A stretch of 64,000 bases of DNA from Alkalispirochaeta sp. GTDB lineage: Bacteria; Spirochaetota; Spirochaetia; DSM-27196; Alkalispirochaetaceae. The position numbers and the translations under genes were made by a program. Positions within the stretch are counted from its first letter, which is position 1; each line of letters begins with the position of its first letter. Under the pieces are notes generated by a model that saw only the letters and a program-made list of their open reading frames with translations, made no database searches and was not told the DNA's origin. The stretch spans positions 96,001-160,000 of the forward strand of contig CBDESZ010000025.1 of the NCBI GenBank assembly GCA_965242725.1, written 5' to 3'. Of this stretch, positions 18,980 through 28,838 are shown one piece after another.

Positions 18980-20102
18980 CCGGCAACGTCACTTTGGCGA
19001 GGCAATTGGGACCGCAGTCCTCGGGACGAAATGACAACGTCCCGCCAAACTGGGAGACCAGGGCGTGGAGAATCTCTTCCTGCAGGTTCGGTACGTTGAA
19101 GGCGGTTGTTTTTGATGTCTTGCCCGGGGATAAGCCGTTGCGCACTTCCATGGAGAGAGTTTTCTCCTTCCGGACCGTCTCCAGGAGGAGTTGGGTTGCC
19201 GGCTTATTGAAGTGATACAGCAGCTCCGCGATGACCACCGCCAGCGGTATCGCCACGTCGAGGGAGAGATGCTCCGGCAGATGGGTGAGCCGGATCGTGA
19301 CGGGGGGTCGGCCGCGTTGTTCCTGATCCACCGATATCGCCTCCAGAAGCGCCCGGGTATCCACGACCAGATCCGCCTCGGACCGTTTGATGCTGTCGAA
19401 GGAATGGGCAATCGCCGAGACGCGGTCCATCATGAGCTGGAGGGTAATCGTCGTTTCCGACTGCTTCACTCCTCCCGATTCAATGGCAAGAAAGCTCTCT
19501 ACCAGCTGGAGGTTGTTGCGCACGCGGTGTTGAATCTCCCGATTGAGGGATTGTTCCCGCATGATTGCGTCGGAGAGCCGGTTGAGAAGAAATCGCACCC
19601 CCGCCGAGAGAAAAACCACGATGCCGAGATACGATCCGATGACTGCAAGCCAGCCGTGTATGGGGATGCTCCACGGCAGTGCATCCCGAAAGAGGAGAAT
19701 CGTCGTCGCCGTCAGCGCGATGCCTGTGAGGGAAAAGACGGCGATGACGTGGCGATCGTTTAAAAAGAGCGTCGCCATAAACACAGCCGCCCCGAGCCAC
19801 AATACCGACGCACCCTCCGTCCCGACGAAGAAGAGCAGAATTATTCCCAGAGCGGTTACGGAATAGACAAAAATGGTCGCCGAGTAGGTGTACCGGTGGG
19901 AGAGCAGAATAAATGCCGCAATAAGCGCAAGATAGGCGACGACATCGGCGAGCATTATGAAATACACACCACCCACCAGCGACGCGTAGAGACCCGTCGC
20001 CAGCGCGGGGAATGCGGCAAACAGGCTGACCGAGAGTAATACCTTCAGAAGACGTGCCCTGAGAGGTTCCAGTATGGTAGACGCAGTTCCGGAGGATTCC
20101 AT
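18960..20102 (-). CDS. Membrane sensor histidine kinase-like protein (HisKA_2) with degenerate HATPase domain
   Basis: About 6 TM helices; H-box EIQHRVRNNLQ; N and G boxes not recognisable. Confidence 0.75.
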   Translation of the reverse strand: MESSGTASTILEPLRARLLKVLLSVSLFAAFPALATGLYASLVGGVYFIMLADVVAYLALIAAFILLSHRYTYSATIFVYSVTALGIILLFFVGTEGASVLWLGAAVFMATLFLNDRHVIAVFSLTGIALTATTILLFRDALPWSIPIHGWLAVIGSYLGIVVFLSAGVRFLLNRLSDAIMREQSLNREIQHRVRNNLQLVESFLAIESGGVKQSETTITLQLMMDRVSAIAHSFDSIKRSEADLVVDTRALLEAISVDQEQRGRPPVTIRLTHLPEHLSLDVAIPLAVVIAELLYHFNKPATQLLLETVRKEKTLSMEVRNGLSPGKTSKTTAFNVPNLQEEILHALVSQFGGTLSFRPEDCGPNCLAKVTLPVTMTAA

Positions 20103-20143
20103 TGAGATGCCTCATAGTATGTCAAAAAGGGGACAATGACAAT

Positions 20144-21742
20144 TCAAAAGCGGTCGGCTGGACGACTGCGGAGCATTCCGGTGATCATTACGACGCAGCC
20201 GCCGTGTGGTGCCGTGGTGACCGACAGGGAGCCGCCGATTTGTTCGACCAGGGACTCCATAAGCTGAAATCCAAGGGCGTTCTCCCGTTCCAGTTCCGCG
20301 GGTATGCCGACGCCGTTGTCTTCAAGGGTGACCGAAAATGTATCACCCCTGGAACGCAGATCTATGTTCAGGAGACCCCGATTGTCCTCATTGCGTCCGG
20401 GGAATGCGTGGGTGACGACGTTGGTAACGGCCTCGTTGACGGCGATCCCCAGCGGCACCGCCTGGGTCATGTCGAGGTGCAATTGATCACCGTCAACGGA
20501 AATGTCGATGTTGTCGTTTCGGGGGTCCGCAAGGACATGAGATGCGAGCTGACGGAGAAAGGCTGAAAAATCGACGGCGGTGTAGTCGTGTGTCTGGTAC
20601 AGCATGTCGTGAATCATGCCCATTACCATGATGCGGTCCCGCGTCTGTTCCAGCGGTGTGAGGGAGGTGATCTCGCCGCTCAATCCGTGGACCTGCAGAT
20701 TGATGAGGCCGCTGACCGCGGCGAGGTTGTTCCGGACGCGGTGGTGGATTTCCCGGAGGAGGACTTCCCGCTCTTCCGCGGACTTTCTGATCTCCTCTTC
20801 AGCTCGTTTCCGGTCGGTGATGTCTTCGATAATTGAATAAATGCGCAATTTACCTTGAATCGAGACGGTGCCGCTGAAGACCGCCACCTCCCTGACGGAT
20901 CCGTCCTTTCTGCGATGGCGAAACTCAAAACGGTTCTGTCGATTCTCCCGGACGCGTTCCATGTCGCGACGTATCCGGTCGGTCCCGAGTGTGTTTATAT
21001 GAAAGATGTACATCGATCGCAGTTCCGCAACCGTCCAGCCATAAAATGCTTCCGCCGCCGCATTTGCGTTTACAATCTGTCCCGTCTCAAAATCAATGAC
21101 CAGCATCGGTGCGTGTCTGTTTTCAAAGAGTGCCCGGTATTCGGCTTCCTTGACCTTGAGTTCCTCCATGAGCGCTTTCTGCCGCTGCCGGTCAAAAAAG
21201 ACCGTGAGCACCACCTGCAGTGCCGCGGAATAAAGGATGATGACCACGACGCCGATCCTGCGGATGACGACCCACCCCAGGCCACCGGGTAAAATAAGCT
21301 GGCTCAGCAGCATGAGGGCGTGAACGGCGATTCCGAGCGTCCAGATGTAAAGAGGGCGCTCCATCCGGGAGTCTACGCGCCTGAGATACCACGCCGCCGT
21401 TCCAAGAATTGTAGATTCGATAATCACGAGAATCCCCGGAATCGTTCCGATTCCGCCGAGGAAAATGCGGTACGCCCCCGCGATACCTGCCGCGATGACG
21501 GCGGCGATGGGGCCGGCGATATACCCCGCCGCCGTGAGTACGATGGAACGACCGTCATACACCAGTCCGGGTGCAAACGTCATGGGGGTCATCATCCCGA
21601 TGACGGCGATCCCCCCGAAGAGCACACCGGAAAAAACGCGGGAAAGCGTGGCATCTTCCGGGAGATAACGGGAAAGAATGTCATACCCGACCGACAACGC
21701 AAGGAGCAGGGCGACGTTCTGAATCAGGTCGATAAAGAGCAT
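20144..21742 (-). CDS. Sensor histidine kinase (5TM-LytS sensor, PAS, HisKA_2, HATPase)
   Basis: PGLVYDGRS 5TMR-LYT motif; PAS (NAAAEAFYGWT, HRRKDGS); EIHHRVRNNL; NEAVTNVVTHAF; EDNGVG. Confidence 0.92.
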   Translation of the reverse strand: MLFIDLIQNVALLLALSVGYDILSRYLPEDATLSRVFSGVLFGGIAVIGMMTPMTFAPGLVYDGRSIVLTAAGYIAGPIAAVIAAGIAGAYRIFLGGIGTIPGILVIIESTILGTAAWYLRRVDSRMERPLYIWTLGIAVHALMLLSQLILPGGLGWVVIRRIGVVVIILYSAALQVVLTVFFDRQRQKALMEELKVKEAEYRALFENRHAPMLVIDFETGQIVNANAAAEAFYGWTVAELRSMYIFHINTLGTDRIRRDMERVRENRQNRFEFRHRRKDGSVREVAVFSGTVSIQGKLRIYSIIEDITDRKRAEEEIRKSAEEREVLLREIHHRVRNNLAAVSGLINLQVHGLSGEITSLTPLEQTRDRIMVMGMIHDMLYQTHDYTAVDFSAFLRQLASHVLADPRNDNIDISVDGDQLHLDMTQAVPLGIAVNEAVTNVVTHAFPGRNEDNRGLLNIDLRSRGDTFSVTLEDNGVGIPAELERENALGFQLMESLVEQIGGSLSVTTAPHGGCVVMITGMLRSRPADRF

Positions 21743-21801
21743 GTGTCCGAATTCTCGTCTATTCCAGGTGTGTATTCAAGAAAGCGGAAAGATGTCGTCC
21801 G

Positions 21802-22722
21802 TCAGTAGCCGACGGAATCGGCCGCCGCCGCGTAGAGAAGGGGAATGAGAAAACCGAGAGAATAATAGAGAAAAACCCGGGAAATAGAGCCCATGGAGGG
21901 CCCTTTTGTCGCGTGAGAATAGCCCCGGCGGTGCATGGCGAGGTATACGGGAATACTGAGGACTCCCGCGGGCAGCACCCCCCAGATCACATACACAGGC
22001 ACCACCCCCTGGAAGGCGTACACGGCGACGATCGCGAATGCGGCGGCTCCCTGCACGTATACGAGCGCCTCCCCGCCCTTTTTCCCAAGCAGGATGGAAA
22101 GGGTCCGTCGTCCCGCCGCGGCATCACCCTGAATATCACAGGTATTATTCACGGTCAGGATCGATCCCACGAGGAGCATCGACGGAAGTCCGATGAGGAA
22201 TGACGCGGAGCCCATTTCGGAACCGAGAAAGACAAAAATCGTGAGCGTCACCAGAACCCATCCCAGAAAGCCGCCGGCAAAAACCTCTCCCATCGGAGTT
22301 CGGGAAAGGGGCAGCGGTCCGGCGTTGTAGAGGAAGCCGATCGCCATGCACACCGCACCGATGACGATGACCCAGAAACTGGTCATGAACGCCAGGACCA
22401 CTCCGAGAACCATGGCAAGAAGGTAGAGCAGTACCGAAATTATCAGCGCCGTCCCGGCGGGAACGCCCTGATGGACAAGGACCTTGTCTTCTTCCCTGTT
22501 GATTCCCCGGCGGTCGACGCCGTGAAAAAAATCAAAGAAGGTATTGAATCCGGTGGTCGCCATGTCCACCGCAAGTACCGCCGCGGCCATGACGAAGAAT
22601 ACCGGGAGGGAGAGAGCGTCCCCGACGTACCACGCATACGCAGCCCCGAGGAGAAAACCGGACATACTTATGAGTTTGGTGCGAATCTCGACGATCCGCA
22701 TGAACTGATAGGCGGTGATCAT
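21802..22722 (-). CDS. UbiA-family prenyltransferase, MenA-like
   Basis: NTFFDFFHGVD, YNAGPLPLS, GE, NNTCDIQGD and GRRTL motifs; multi-TM. Confidence 0.85.
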   Translation of the reverse strand: MITAYQFMRIVEIRTKLISMSGFLLGAAYAWYVGDALSLPVFFVMAAAVLAVDMATTGFNTFFDFFHGVDRRGINREEDKVLVHQGVPAGTALIISVLLYLLAMVLGVVLAFMTSFWVIVIGAVCMAIGFLYNAGPLPLSRTPMGEVFAGGFLGWVLVTLTIFVFLGSEMGSASFLIGLPSMLLVGSILTVNNTCDIQGDAAAGRRTLSILLGKKGGEALVYVQGAAAFAIVAVYAFQGVVPVYVIWGVLPAGVLSIPVYLAMHRRGYSHATKGPSMGSISRVFLYYSLGFLIPLLYAAAADSVGY

Positions 22723-23051
22723 GTCCCTCGACGTTCCGGGATCTGTCCCACCTCGGTGTCCCCCGATGCTGCCTTCTCTTTGGAGAGAAAGAGACCGCAA
22801 AAGCACTGACCGTACTCTTCGATATCCTTTTTGGCGTAAATACAGGGGCAGACGATGTCGTCGTCTGCTTGACGGTCTCCGTCGCCGTCGCGGCAGGGAC
22901 AGAGGTAATATCCGAAGCGGTTCGCGTTTGTCGTGAGACCTTCTGCGATTGTTTTCCGGAAGTCATCGTCGGGGCGCGGCGCCCACCCGTAATGGGCGGC
23001 GGCGTTGTTGATGAACAGTTCCGTCTGTTGGAGAGTGCGCTTTTTACTCAT
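22719..23051 (-). CDS. Ferredoxin:thioredoxin reductase catalytic subunit
   Basis: YLCPCR, IVCPC and QCFCGLF form the FTRc cysteine pattern. Confidence 0.9.
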   Translation of the reverse strand: MSKKRTLQQTELFINNAAAHYGWAPRPDDDFRKTIAEGLTTNANRFGYYLCPCRDGDGDRQADDDIVCPCIYAKKDIEEYGQCFCGLFLSKEKAASGDTEVGQIPERRGT

Positions 23052-23072
23052 ACCCACACAAATGAAGGCGTG

Positions 23073-23384
23073 TTAATCCAGGTCGAGTGCGTTGGCCCAC
23101 ACCGACTCGGTAAACCCGGAATACGCCTTTTCGTCGTCGACAACGAGAATGGGAAAGACAACGATATTGTCAAAGCGTTCCGAAAGTTCCCGTTTTACCG
23201 CCCGTTTCGTTTCCACGTCGATTAAATCGAGATGGGCAAACCGAAATTGTACGTCGTTGTTCTTCAGGAATTCGATCGCCCTTCGGCAAAACGCACAGGT
23301 CGAAAGGGAAAAAATGGTGACGTCGTGGTCCTGTCGCGTGCCTTCTACGGTCTTGTATCTAACTTTGTCGATTTCTCGTTCCAC
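23073..23384 (-). CDS. Glutaredoxin/NrdH-like redoxin
   Basis: LSTCAFC active site, cis-Pro motif VFP, GF; directly upstream of FTRc. GTG start lies 6 nt after TACACT. Confidence 0.85.
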   Translation of the reverse strand: MEREIDKVRYKTVEGTRQDHDVTIFSLSTCAFCRRAIEFLKNNDVQFRFAHLDLIDVETKRAVKRELSERFDNIVVFPILVVDDEKAYSGFTESVWANALDLD

Positions 23385-23460
23385 CACCTCAGTGTAATAT
23401 CTTTGACTCCGCCGTACAAGGGTGGCGGAGGCGCGGACAAACTGGTATAACGGTACGGTC

Positions 23461-24855
23461 ATGAAGGTCGTCATCATCGGCGCGGGGGCGGTAGGCTACC
23501 AACTCGCACGCCAACTGATCAGCGAGAAGAAAGACGTCGTCCTTGTGGAAAAGAATCCGGATATCGCTCACAAAGTCCAGGAATTTCTGGATTGCATGGT
23601 GGTCGTCGGTGAAGGCACGAGCATTGACGTCCTCAAAGAGGCGGGAACGGACACCGCCGATTTTTTTGTCGCCGCCACCGATTCCGACGAGGTCAATATG
23701 ATCGCCTGCGGGATCGTGTCGGCGGAGTTCAAGGTCCGGGCAAAGATTGCCCGGGTGCGCAATTTCGACTATCACACGAGCCGGCTCTCGGAAAAGCGCT
23801 TTCTCGGTATCGATTTCGTCGTTAATCCGGAAATTGAAGCGGCCCGGGCGATCATGCGGGCTATAGACTTCGGGGCAGTGAGTGACATCATGTCCTTTGA
23901 ACAGTCCAATGTGCAGATCCGAACCCTGGTTGTGGAACGTGACGGCATGCTCACCGGCCACAACCTGCAGGAACTTGCCCAACTGCTGCCGGGGACCTTT
24001 CTCATCGCCGTGGTGATGCGGGAGAACCGCTATATCATTCCTTCGGGAACCACCCGTCTCGAGGCGGGGGATATCATCTACATGGTTGCCGATGAGGCCG
24101 ATTTCGAACGCATCTATGAGCATGTCGGCAAGGGGCGACGGGACCTGAAACGGATCATCCTCGTCGGCGGGGGGCGGATCGGCAGGCAGGTTGCATCCCA
24201 CATCCTCGGCAAAGAACATCAGACCCTCTTTCAGCGCTTTACCCGGCGCATGACAAAACACGAAGAGCGAATGCTGAAGATCGTCGACCGGGATTACAAT
24301 CGGTGCAAGGCGCTGGTCGACGACTTCCCCGGCGCATTGGTCATTAACGCCGATATCTCCGACGACGGCGCATTTGAGGAACAGCATTTCACCAACTCTG
24401 ATCTCGTCATTGCCGCAACGGACAATCAGGAACTCAATATCGTCACCGCCCTCTATGCCAAGAGCCTCGGGGTACGGCGAGCGGTGGTGCTCGTGAACCG
24501 GTCCGGGTACGCACCCATTGCGGCACAATTGGGGATCGATGTATCGGTGAGTCAGAAAAATGCAATCGTCACGACGATTCTGCGCTTTATTCGCAGCGGC
24601 GCGGTGCGGAGTCTTCACACAATCAGTGACGGCCGTATAGAAGCGATCGAGCTCACCGTACTGACGGAAAGCCGCGCGGTGGGTAAGGCGATCAAGGATC
24701 TTCCCCTCCCCAAAGACACCCTCATCGTCGCTCTTGAGCGGGCGGGTGAAAGCATCGTTCCCGGCGGGGATAACGTCATTCGCGGTGACGACCACCTCGT
24801 GGTCGTCGTCAAGAAGGAGGACGCCGACCGGGTGCAGGAGCTTTTCACCAAATGA
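23461..24855 (+). CDS. trkA: Trk K+ uptake NAD-binding subunit
   Basis: GAGAVG and GGGRIG Rossmann motifs; two RCK_N/RCK_C pairs. Confidence 0.95.
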   Translation: MKVVIIGAGAVGYQLARQLISEKKDVVLVEKNPDIAHKVQEFLDCMVVVGEGTSIDVLKEAGTDTADFFVAATDSDEVNMIACGIVSAEFKVRAKIARVRNFDYHTSRLSEKRFLGIDFVVNPEIEAARAIMRAIDFGAVSDIMSFEQSNVQIRTLVVERDGMLTGHNLQELAQLLPGTFLIAVVMRENRYIIPSGTTRLEAGDIIYMVADEADFERIYEHVGKGRRDLKRIILVGGGRIGRQVASHILGKEHQTLFQRFTRRMTKHEERMLKIVDRDYNRCKALVDDFPGALVINADISDDGAFEEQHFTNSDLVIAATDNQELNIVTALYAKSLGVRRAVVLVNRSGYAPIAAQLGIDVSVSQKNAIVTTILRFIRSGAVRSLHTISDGRIEAIELTVLTESRAVGKAIKDLPLPKDTLIVALERAGESIVPGGDNVIRGDDHLVVVVKKEDADRVQELFTK

Positions 24856-26324
24856 CGTCAGGCGGACCGACGATTCTCAACGTCAATCTGATTCTGCGGT
24901 TTGTTCTGATCCTGCTCCTCGTGGTCTCCGCCTTCATGCTCCTCTCCGTTGCGTGGGCGGTGCTGGACGGTGAACGGGGCACGATCATACCCCTTGTCGC
25001 CCCCGTTGTAGGGGTGGTAGTCGTCGCAGGCGCGTATTTGACGATTTCCAACCGGGAATACGACAACGTGTCGACCCGTGACGGCTTCTTCATGGTCTCT
25101 GCGGGGTGGCTTGCGGTATCCGCCTTCGGGGCGTTGCCTTTTTACCTTTCCGGGGCGATACCGAACTATGTGGATGCCTTCTTTGAGACGATGAGCGGAT
25201 TCACCACGACGGGGGCGTCAATTCTCACGGAGATAGAAGGGCTTCCCCGGTCAATGCTCTTCTGGCGCTCCATGACGCACTGGCTGGGTGGAATGGGCAT
25301 CATCGTGCTCACGGTGGCCATATTCCCGCTCCTGGGCATTGGAGGGCTGCAGCTTCTCAAGGCGGAGGCGCCGGGTCCGCGGGTGGACAAACTCACCCCC
25401 AAGGTCACCGAGACTGCCAAGATCCTCTGGATATCCTATATCGCCCTGAGCGCACTGGAAACGATCCTTCTCATGGCGGGCGGACTGAACCTCTTTGACG
25501 CGCTGACCCATACCTTCGGAACCATGGCAACGGGGGGATTCTCCCCCAAGAATACAAGCGTCGGTTACTATGATTCCGCCTATATTGACGGCGTGATAAC
25601 CGTTTTCATGGTTCTTGCGGGGATCAACTTCGTCATGTATTACCGTATCGCCCTCGGGCGGGTGAAGGCGATCAGCAGGGACACGGAACTGAAGGCGTAC
25701 CTTCTCATTTTCGCCGTTGCGACGGTCGTCACCACCGTCGGACTGCTTCCCCGCTACGGAACGGTCGGGACGAGTCTCCGGTTTGCCTCCTTTCAGGTTG
25801 CCAGTATCCTTACCACCACGGGATATGCAACGGCGGACTTTGCCGCCTGGCCCTATCTGTCCCAGATCATGCTCTTTGCCCTCATGTTCATCGGCGGGTG
25901 CTCCGGGTCAACGGGGGGAGGAATCAAGGTGGTCCGTATCACCACCATGATCAAACAGGGTTGGAACGAAATGCGCTACCTCGTATATCCACGGGGAGTG
26001 TTCACAATCCGCCTCAACGGTGAGCGGTTGCGGAAGGATATCGTCTACGCGATTACCGGTTTCGTGATGCTCTACATGGTGCTGCTTATCGTCACGACAG
26101 TCATCGTGGCGGCGGCGGACTACGACATCCTCACATCACTGACCACCGCACTGGCAACGCTGGGAAATATCGGCCCCGGTTTTGGCAAGATCGGCCCGAC
26201 CCTCAATTACGCACTCTTCCCCGGATGGCTCAAGGGATATCTCAGTGTCATCATGATGCTGGGACGGCTTGAAATCTATACAGTCCTCGTCCTCTTCACC
26301 TCCCGATACTGGCGGGATCAGTAA
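24852..26324 (+). CDS. trkH: Trk K+ uptake membrane subunit
   Basis: FETMSGFTTTGAS, HWLGGMG, TGGFS, GGCSGSTGGGIK, LGNIGPG, GRLEI. Confidence 0.96.
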   Translation: MTSGGPTILNVNLILRFVLILLLVVSAFMLLSVAWAVLDGERGTIIPLVAPVVGVVVVAGAYLTISNREYDNVSTRDGFFMVSAGWLAVSAFGALPFYLSGAIPNYVDAFFETMSGFTTTGASILTEIEGLPRSMLFWRSMTHWLGGMGIIVLTVAIFPLLGIGGLQLLKAEAPGPRVDKLTPKVTETAKILWISYIALSALETILLMAGGLNLFDALTHTFGTMATGGFSPKNTSVGYYDSAYIDGVITVFMVLAGINFVMYYRIALGRVKAISRDTELKAYLLIFAVATVVTTVGLLPRYGTVGTSLRFASFQVASILTTTGYATADFAAWPYLSQIMLFALMFIGGCSGSTGGGIKVVRITTMIKQGWNEMRYLVYPRGVFTIRLNGERLRKDIVYAITGFVMLYMVLLIVTTVIVAAADYDILTSLTTALATLGNIGPGFGKIGPTLNYALFPGWLKGYLSVIMMLGRLEIYTVLVLFTSRYWRDQ

Positions 26325-26880
26325 CGGCGGGGCGGATCAGTTTCCACCCCCGGCGTACTGCCGGGGATCGATAAAGGGCGGAACGTCGCCCAGATGAAAA
26401 CTCACACTCACTCTGACTCGGCTGCGACGGGTGATCGGCCGGAAGCTCGTGGACAACCTCGGGCAGGACGGACATCGTACCGGCAAGAATGCTGTCGGGA
26501 CTGACAATGATGGCCGACGGGCCGGGCAGCCGTTTCACGGTGAGGATGAGAGAGCTTACGCCGAACCAGGGCGTCTGAATCCAGTACTCTTCGGTCACCC
26601 GAATGAACCGTCCATCCTCCTCGGTGACATCACCGCTCACCGCTTCCCCGTCGGCGGCCGCCGGTTCCGATTCCCCGGAGTCGTCCGCCCCCGCTTCCGT
26701 GTCCTGGGTGGAGGAGCCGTCGCGGCCGTCACCGGTGCCGCCGGAGATTCCCGTCAATGAAGTACATCCCGCGGCGGAGAGGACGAGGGAGAGCGAGAGA
26801 ATGAAGAGTGAACGTGTCAGCCACGGCGTTTTCCGTAACGGCACCTTCCGGAGCGGATCATACCGGTGAGTCATCGCCAT
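26296..26880 (-). CDS. Hypothetical lipoprotein (C-terminus uncertain)
   Basis: Lipobox-like LSAAGC followed by an acidic low-complexity linker; overlaps the trkH 3' end by 29 nt. Confidence 0.5.
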   Translation of the reverse strand: MAMTHRYDPLRKVPLRKTPWLTRSLFILSLSLVLSAAGCTSLTGISGGTGDGRDGSSTQDTEAGADDSGESEPAAADGEAVSGDVTEEDGRFIRVTEEYWIQTPWFGVSSLILTVKRLPGPSAIIVSPDSILAGTMSVLPEVVHELPADHPSQPSQSECEFSSGRRSALYRSPAVRRGWKLIRPAVTDPASIGR

Positions 26881-26933
26881 ACACTATACAACATTAATGA
26901 CTACCGTCCCTCCGGTGTGGTATGGTCTTTCCA

Positions 26934-28730
26934 ATGGCCACGTATGATGAGAACTCCATAAAGACGCTCTCAAGTCTGGAACATATCCGTCTGAGAAGCG
27001 GCATGTACATCGGACGGTTGGGAGACGGGAAGAACTTCAACGACGGAATATACATCCTCCTCAAGGAGGTGGTGGACAACTCCATCGATGAGTTCATCAT
27101 GGGACACGGCAAGCGCATCGAGATAAAACGGGACGACGACGGAACCATTACCGTCCGTGACTACGGCCGCGGCATCCCCCTGGGAAAGCTCACCGACGCG
27201 GTGAGTCGCATCAACACCGGCGCCAAGTACAACGACGAGGTCTTCCAGTTCTCGGTGGGGCTCAACGGCGTCGGCACCAAGGCGGTCAACGCCCTCTCGG
27301 AGTACTTCCACGCCGTCTCCTTCCGTGAGGGAAAGTACGCGGAAGCGACCTTCAAGCGGGGAGAACTGCAAAAGGAAAAAAAGGGCAAGACCGACAAGTA
27401 CCGCGACGGCACGTACATTCAGTTCCGTCCCGACCACGAGCTCTTCGGCGACTACGGCTACAACGAGGAGTTCATCCTCCAGCGGCTGTGGAACTACGCC
27501 TACCTCAACGCCGGCCTCACCATCCTCTACAACAAGGAAAAGATCCACTCCGAAGGGGGCCTGCGGGACCTCCTCGCCGCGGAAGTGGGAGACGCCGGAC
27601 TCTACGAGCCCGCCCATCTCAGGCAGGATCGGCTGGAATTCTCCTTCACCCACACCACCAACTACGGCGAGACATACTGGTCCTTCGTCAACGGCCAGTT
27701 CACCTCCGACGGCGGCACCCACCAAAGCGCCTTCCGGGAGGGCATCCTCAAGGGCGTCAACGAGTTCTACAAAAAGAACTACGCCGGTGAGGACGTCAGG
27801 GAGGGCATCGCCGGCGCGGTGGCGATACGCATCAAGGATCCCCAGTTTGAGGGGCAGACCAAGAACAAGCTCGGCAACTCCGACGTGCGGTCGTGGATCG
27901 TCAACGAGGTGCGTCTGGCGGTGGTTGACTTCCTCCACAAGAACAAGGACGCCGCAAAGCGTCTGGAACAGAAGATCACCCAGAACGAAAAACTGCGGAA
28001 AGAACTCAACGCCGTCCGCAAGGAGAGCAGGGAGGCGGCCAAAAAGATCGCCCTCAAGATACCCAAGCTCAAGGACTGCAAGTACCATCTGGGGGACAAG
28101 CACAAGCTCGCCGAGGAATCGACGCTCTTCATCACCGAGGGCGACAGCGCCACGGGAAGCATGGTCGCCTCCCGCAACGTCCACACCCAGGCGATATTCA
28201 GCCTCCGGGGCAAGCCGCAGAACATGTTCTCCCGCAAGCGCAGCGACATCTACCGCAACGAAGAGCTCTACAACATGATGATGGCTCTCGGCATAGAGGA
28301 AGACGTCTCGGGGTTGCGATACAACCGCATCGTCGTCACCACCGACGCCGACCACGACGGCTTTCACATACGCAACCTCCTGCTCACCTTCTTCCTGCAG
28401 TACTTTGAGGAGCTCGTCGTCTCGGGACACATATACATCCTGGAGACGCCCCTCTTCCGCGTCCGGAACAAGCGGGAGACGCGATACTGCTACTCCCCGG
28501 CTGAGAGGGACGCGGCACTCCGGGATATCCGCGGCGCCGAGGTGACCCGCTTCAAGGGACTGGGAGAGATCTCACCCAAGGAGTTCGGGCAGTTCATCGG
28601 CGAGGACATGCGTATCGTCCCGGTCAACGTCAAGACGATCAAGGGCATTCAGGAGACGCTTGAGTTCTACATGGGCAAGAACACCCCCGAGCGGCGCGCC
28701 TTCATCATGGAAAACCTGATAGAGGTCTAG
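26934..28730 (+). CDS. parE: Type IIA DNA topoisomerase subunit B (topoisomerase IV ParE-like)
   Basis: EHIRLRSGMYIG, EVVDNSIDE, DYGRGIP, GLNGVGTKAVNALS, TEGDSA, DADHDG, TRFKGLGEI; about 600 aa, without the GyrB insertion. Confidence 0.88.
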   Translation: MATYDENSIKTLSSLEHIRLRSGMYIGRLGDGKNFNDGIYILLKEVVDNSIDEFIMGHGKRIEIKRDDDGTITVRDYGRGIPLGKLTDAVSRINTGAKYNDEVFQFSVGLNGVGTKAVNALSEYFHAVSFREGKYAEATFKRGELQKEKKGKTDKYRDGTYIQFRPDHELFGDYGYNEEFILQRLWNYAYLNAGLTILYNKEKIHSEGGLRDLLAAEVGDAGLYEPAHLRQDRLEFSFTHTTNYGETYWSFVNGQFTSDGGTHQSAFREGILKGVNEFYKKNYAGEDVREGIAGAVAIRIKDPQFEGQTKNKLGNSDVRSWIVNEVRLAVVDFLHKNKDAAKRLEQKITQNEKLRKELNAVRKESREAAKKIALKIPKLKDCKYHLGDKHKLAEESTLFITEGDSATGSMVASRNVHTQAIFSLRGKPQNMFSRKRSDIYRNEELYNMMMALGIEEDVSGLRYNRIVVTTDADHDGFHIRNLLLTFFLQYFEELVVSGHIYILETPLFRVRNKRETRYCYSPAERDAALRDIRGAEVTRFKGLGEISPKEFGQFIGEDMRIVPVNVKTIKGIQETLEFYMGKNTPERRAFIMENLIEV

Positions 28731-28838
28731 GGACGTTTATAGTTCGAACGTGCGTTCTGTCCGGCTGGTCGCAAGAAAGAAGGGGCCGGCGGCGCCCTTC
28801 ACGGAAGCGCGCCGCCGGGCACCCGCCTCGGCGGGGCG

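Noticed and set aside
23389..24795. 468-aa antisense ORF over trkA, and similar long antisense ORFs over rnfC, rnfD, dctP and the MATE gene
   Set aside because: These are shadow ORFs of GC-rich coding strands with no recognisable motifs.
26970..28430. 486-aa antisense ORF and 317-aa alternate-frame ORF inside parE
   Set aside because: Both are explained by the extreme third-position C/G bias of parE; the translations are low-complexity and motif-free.
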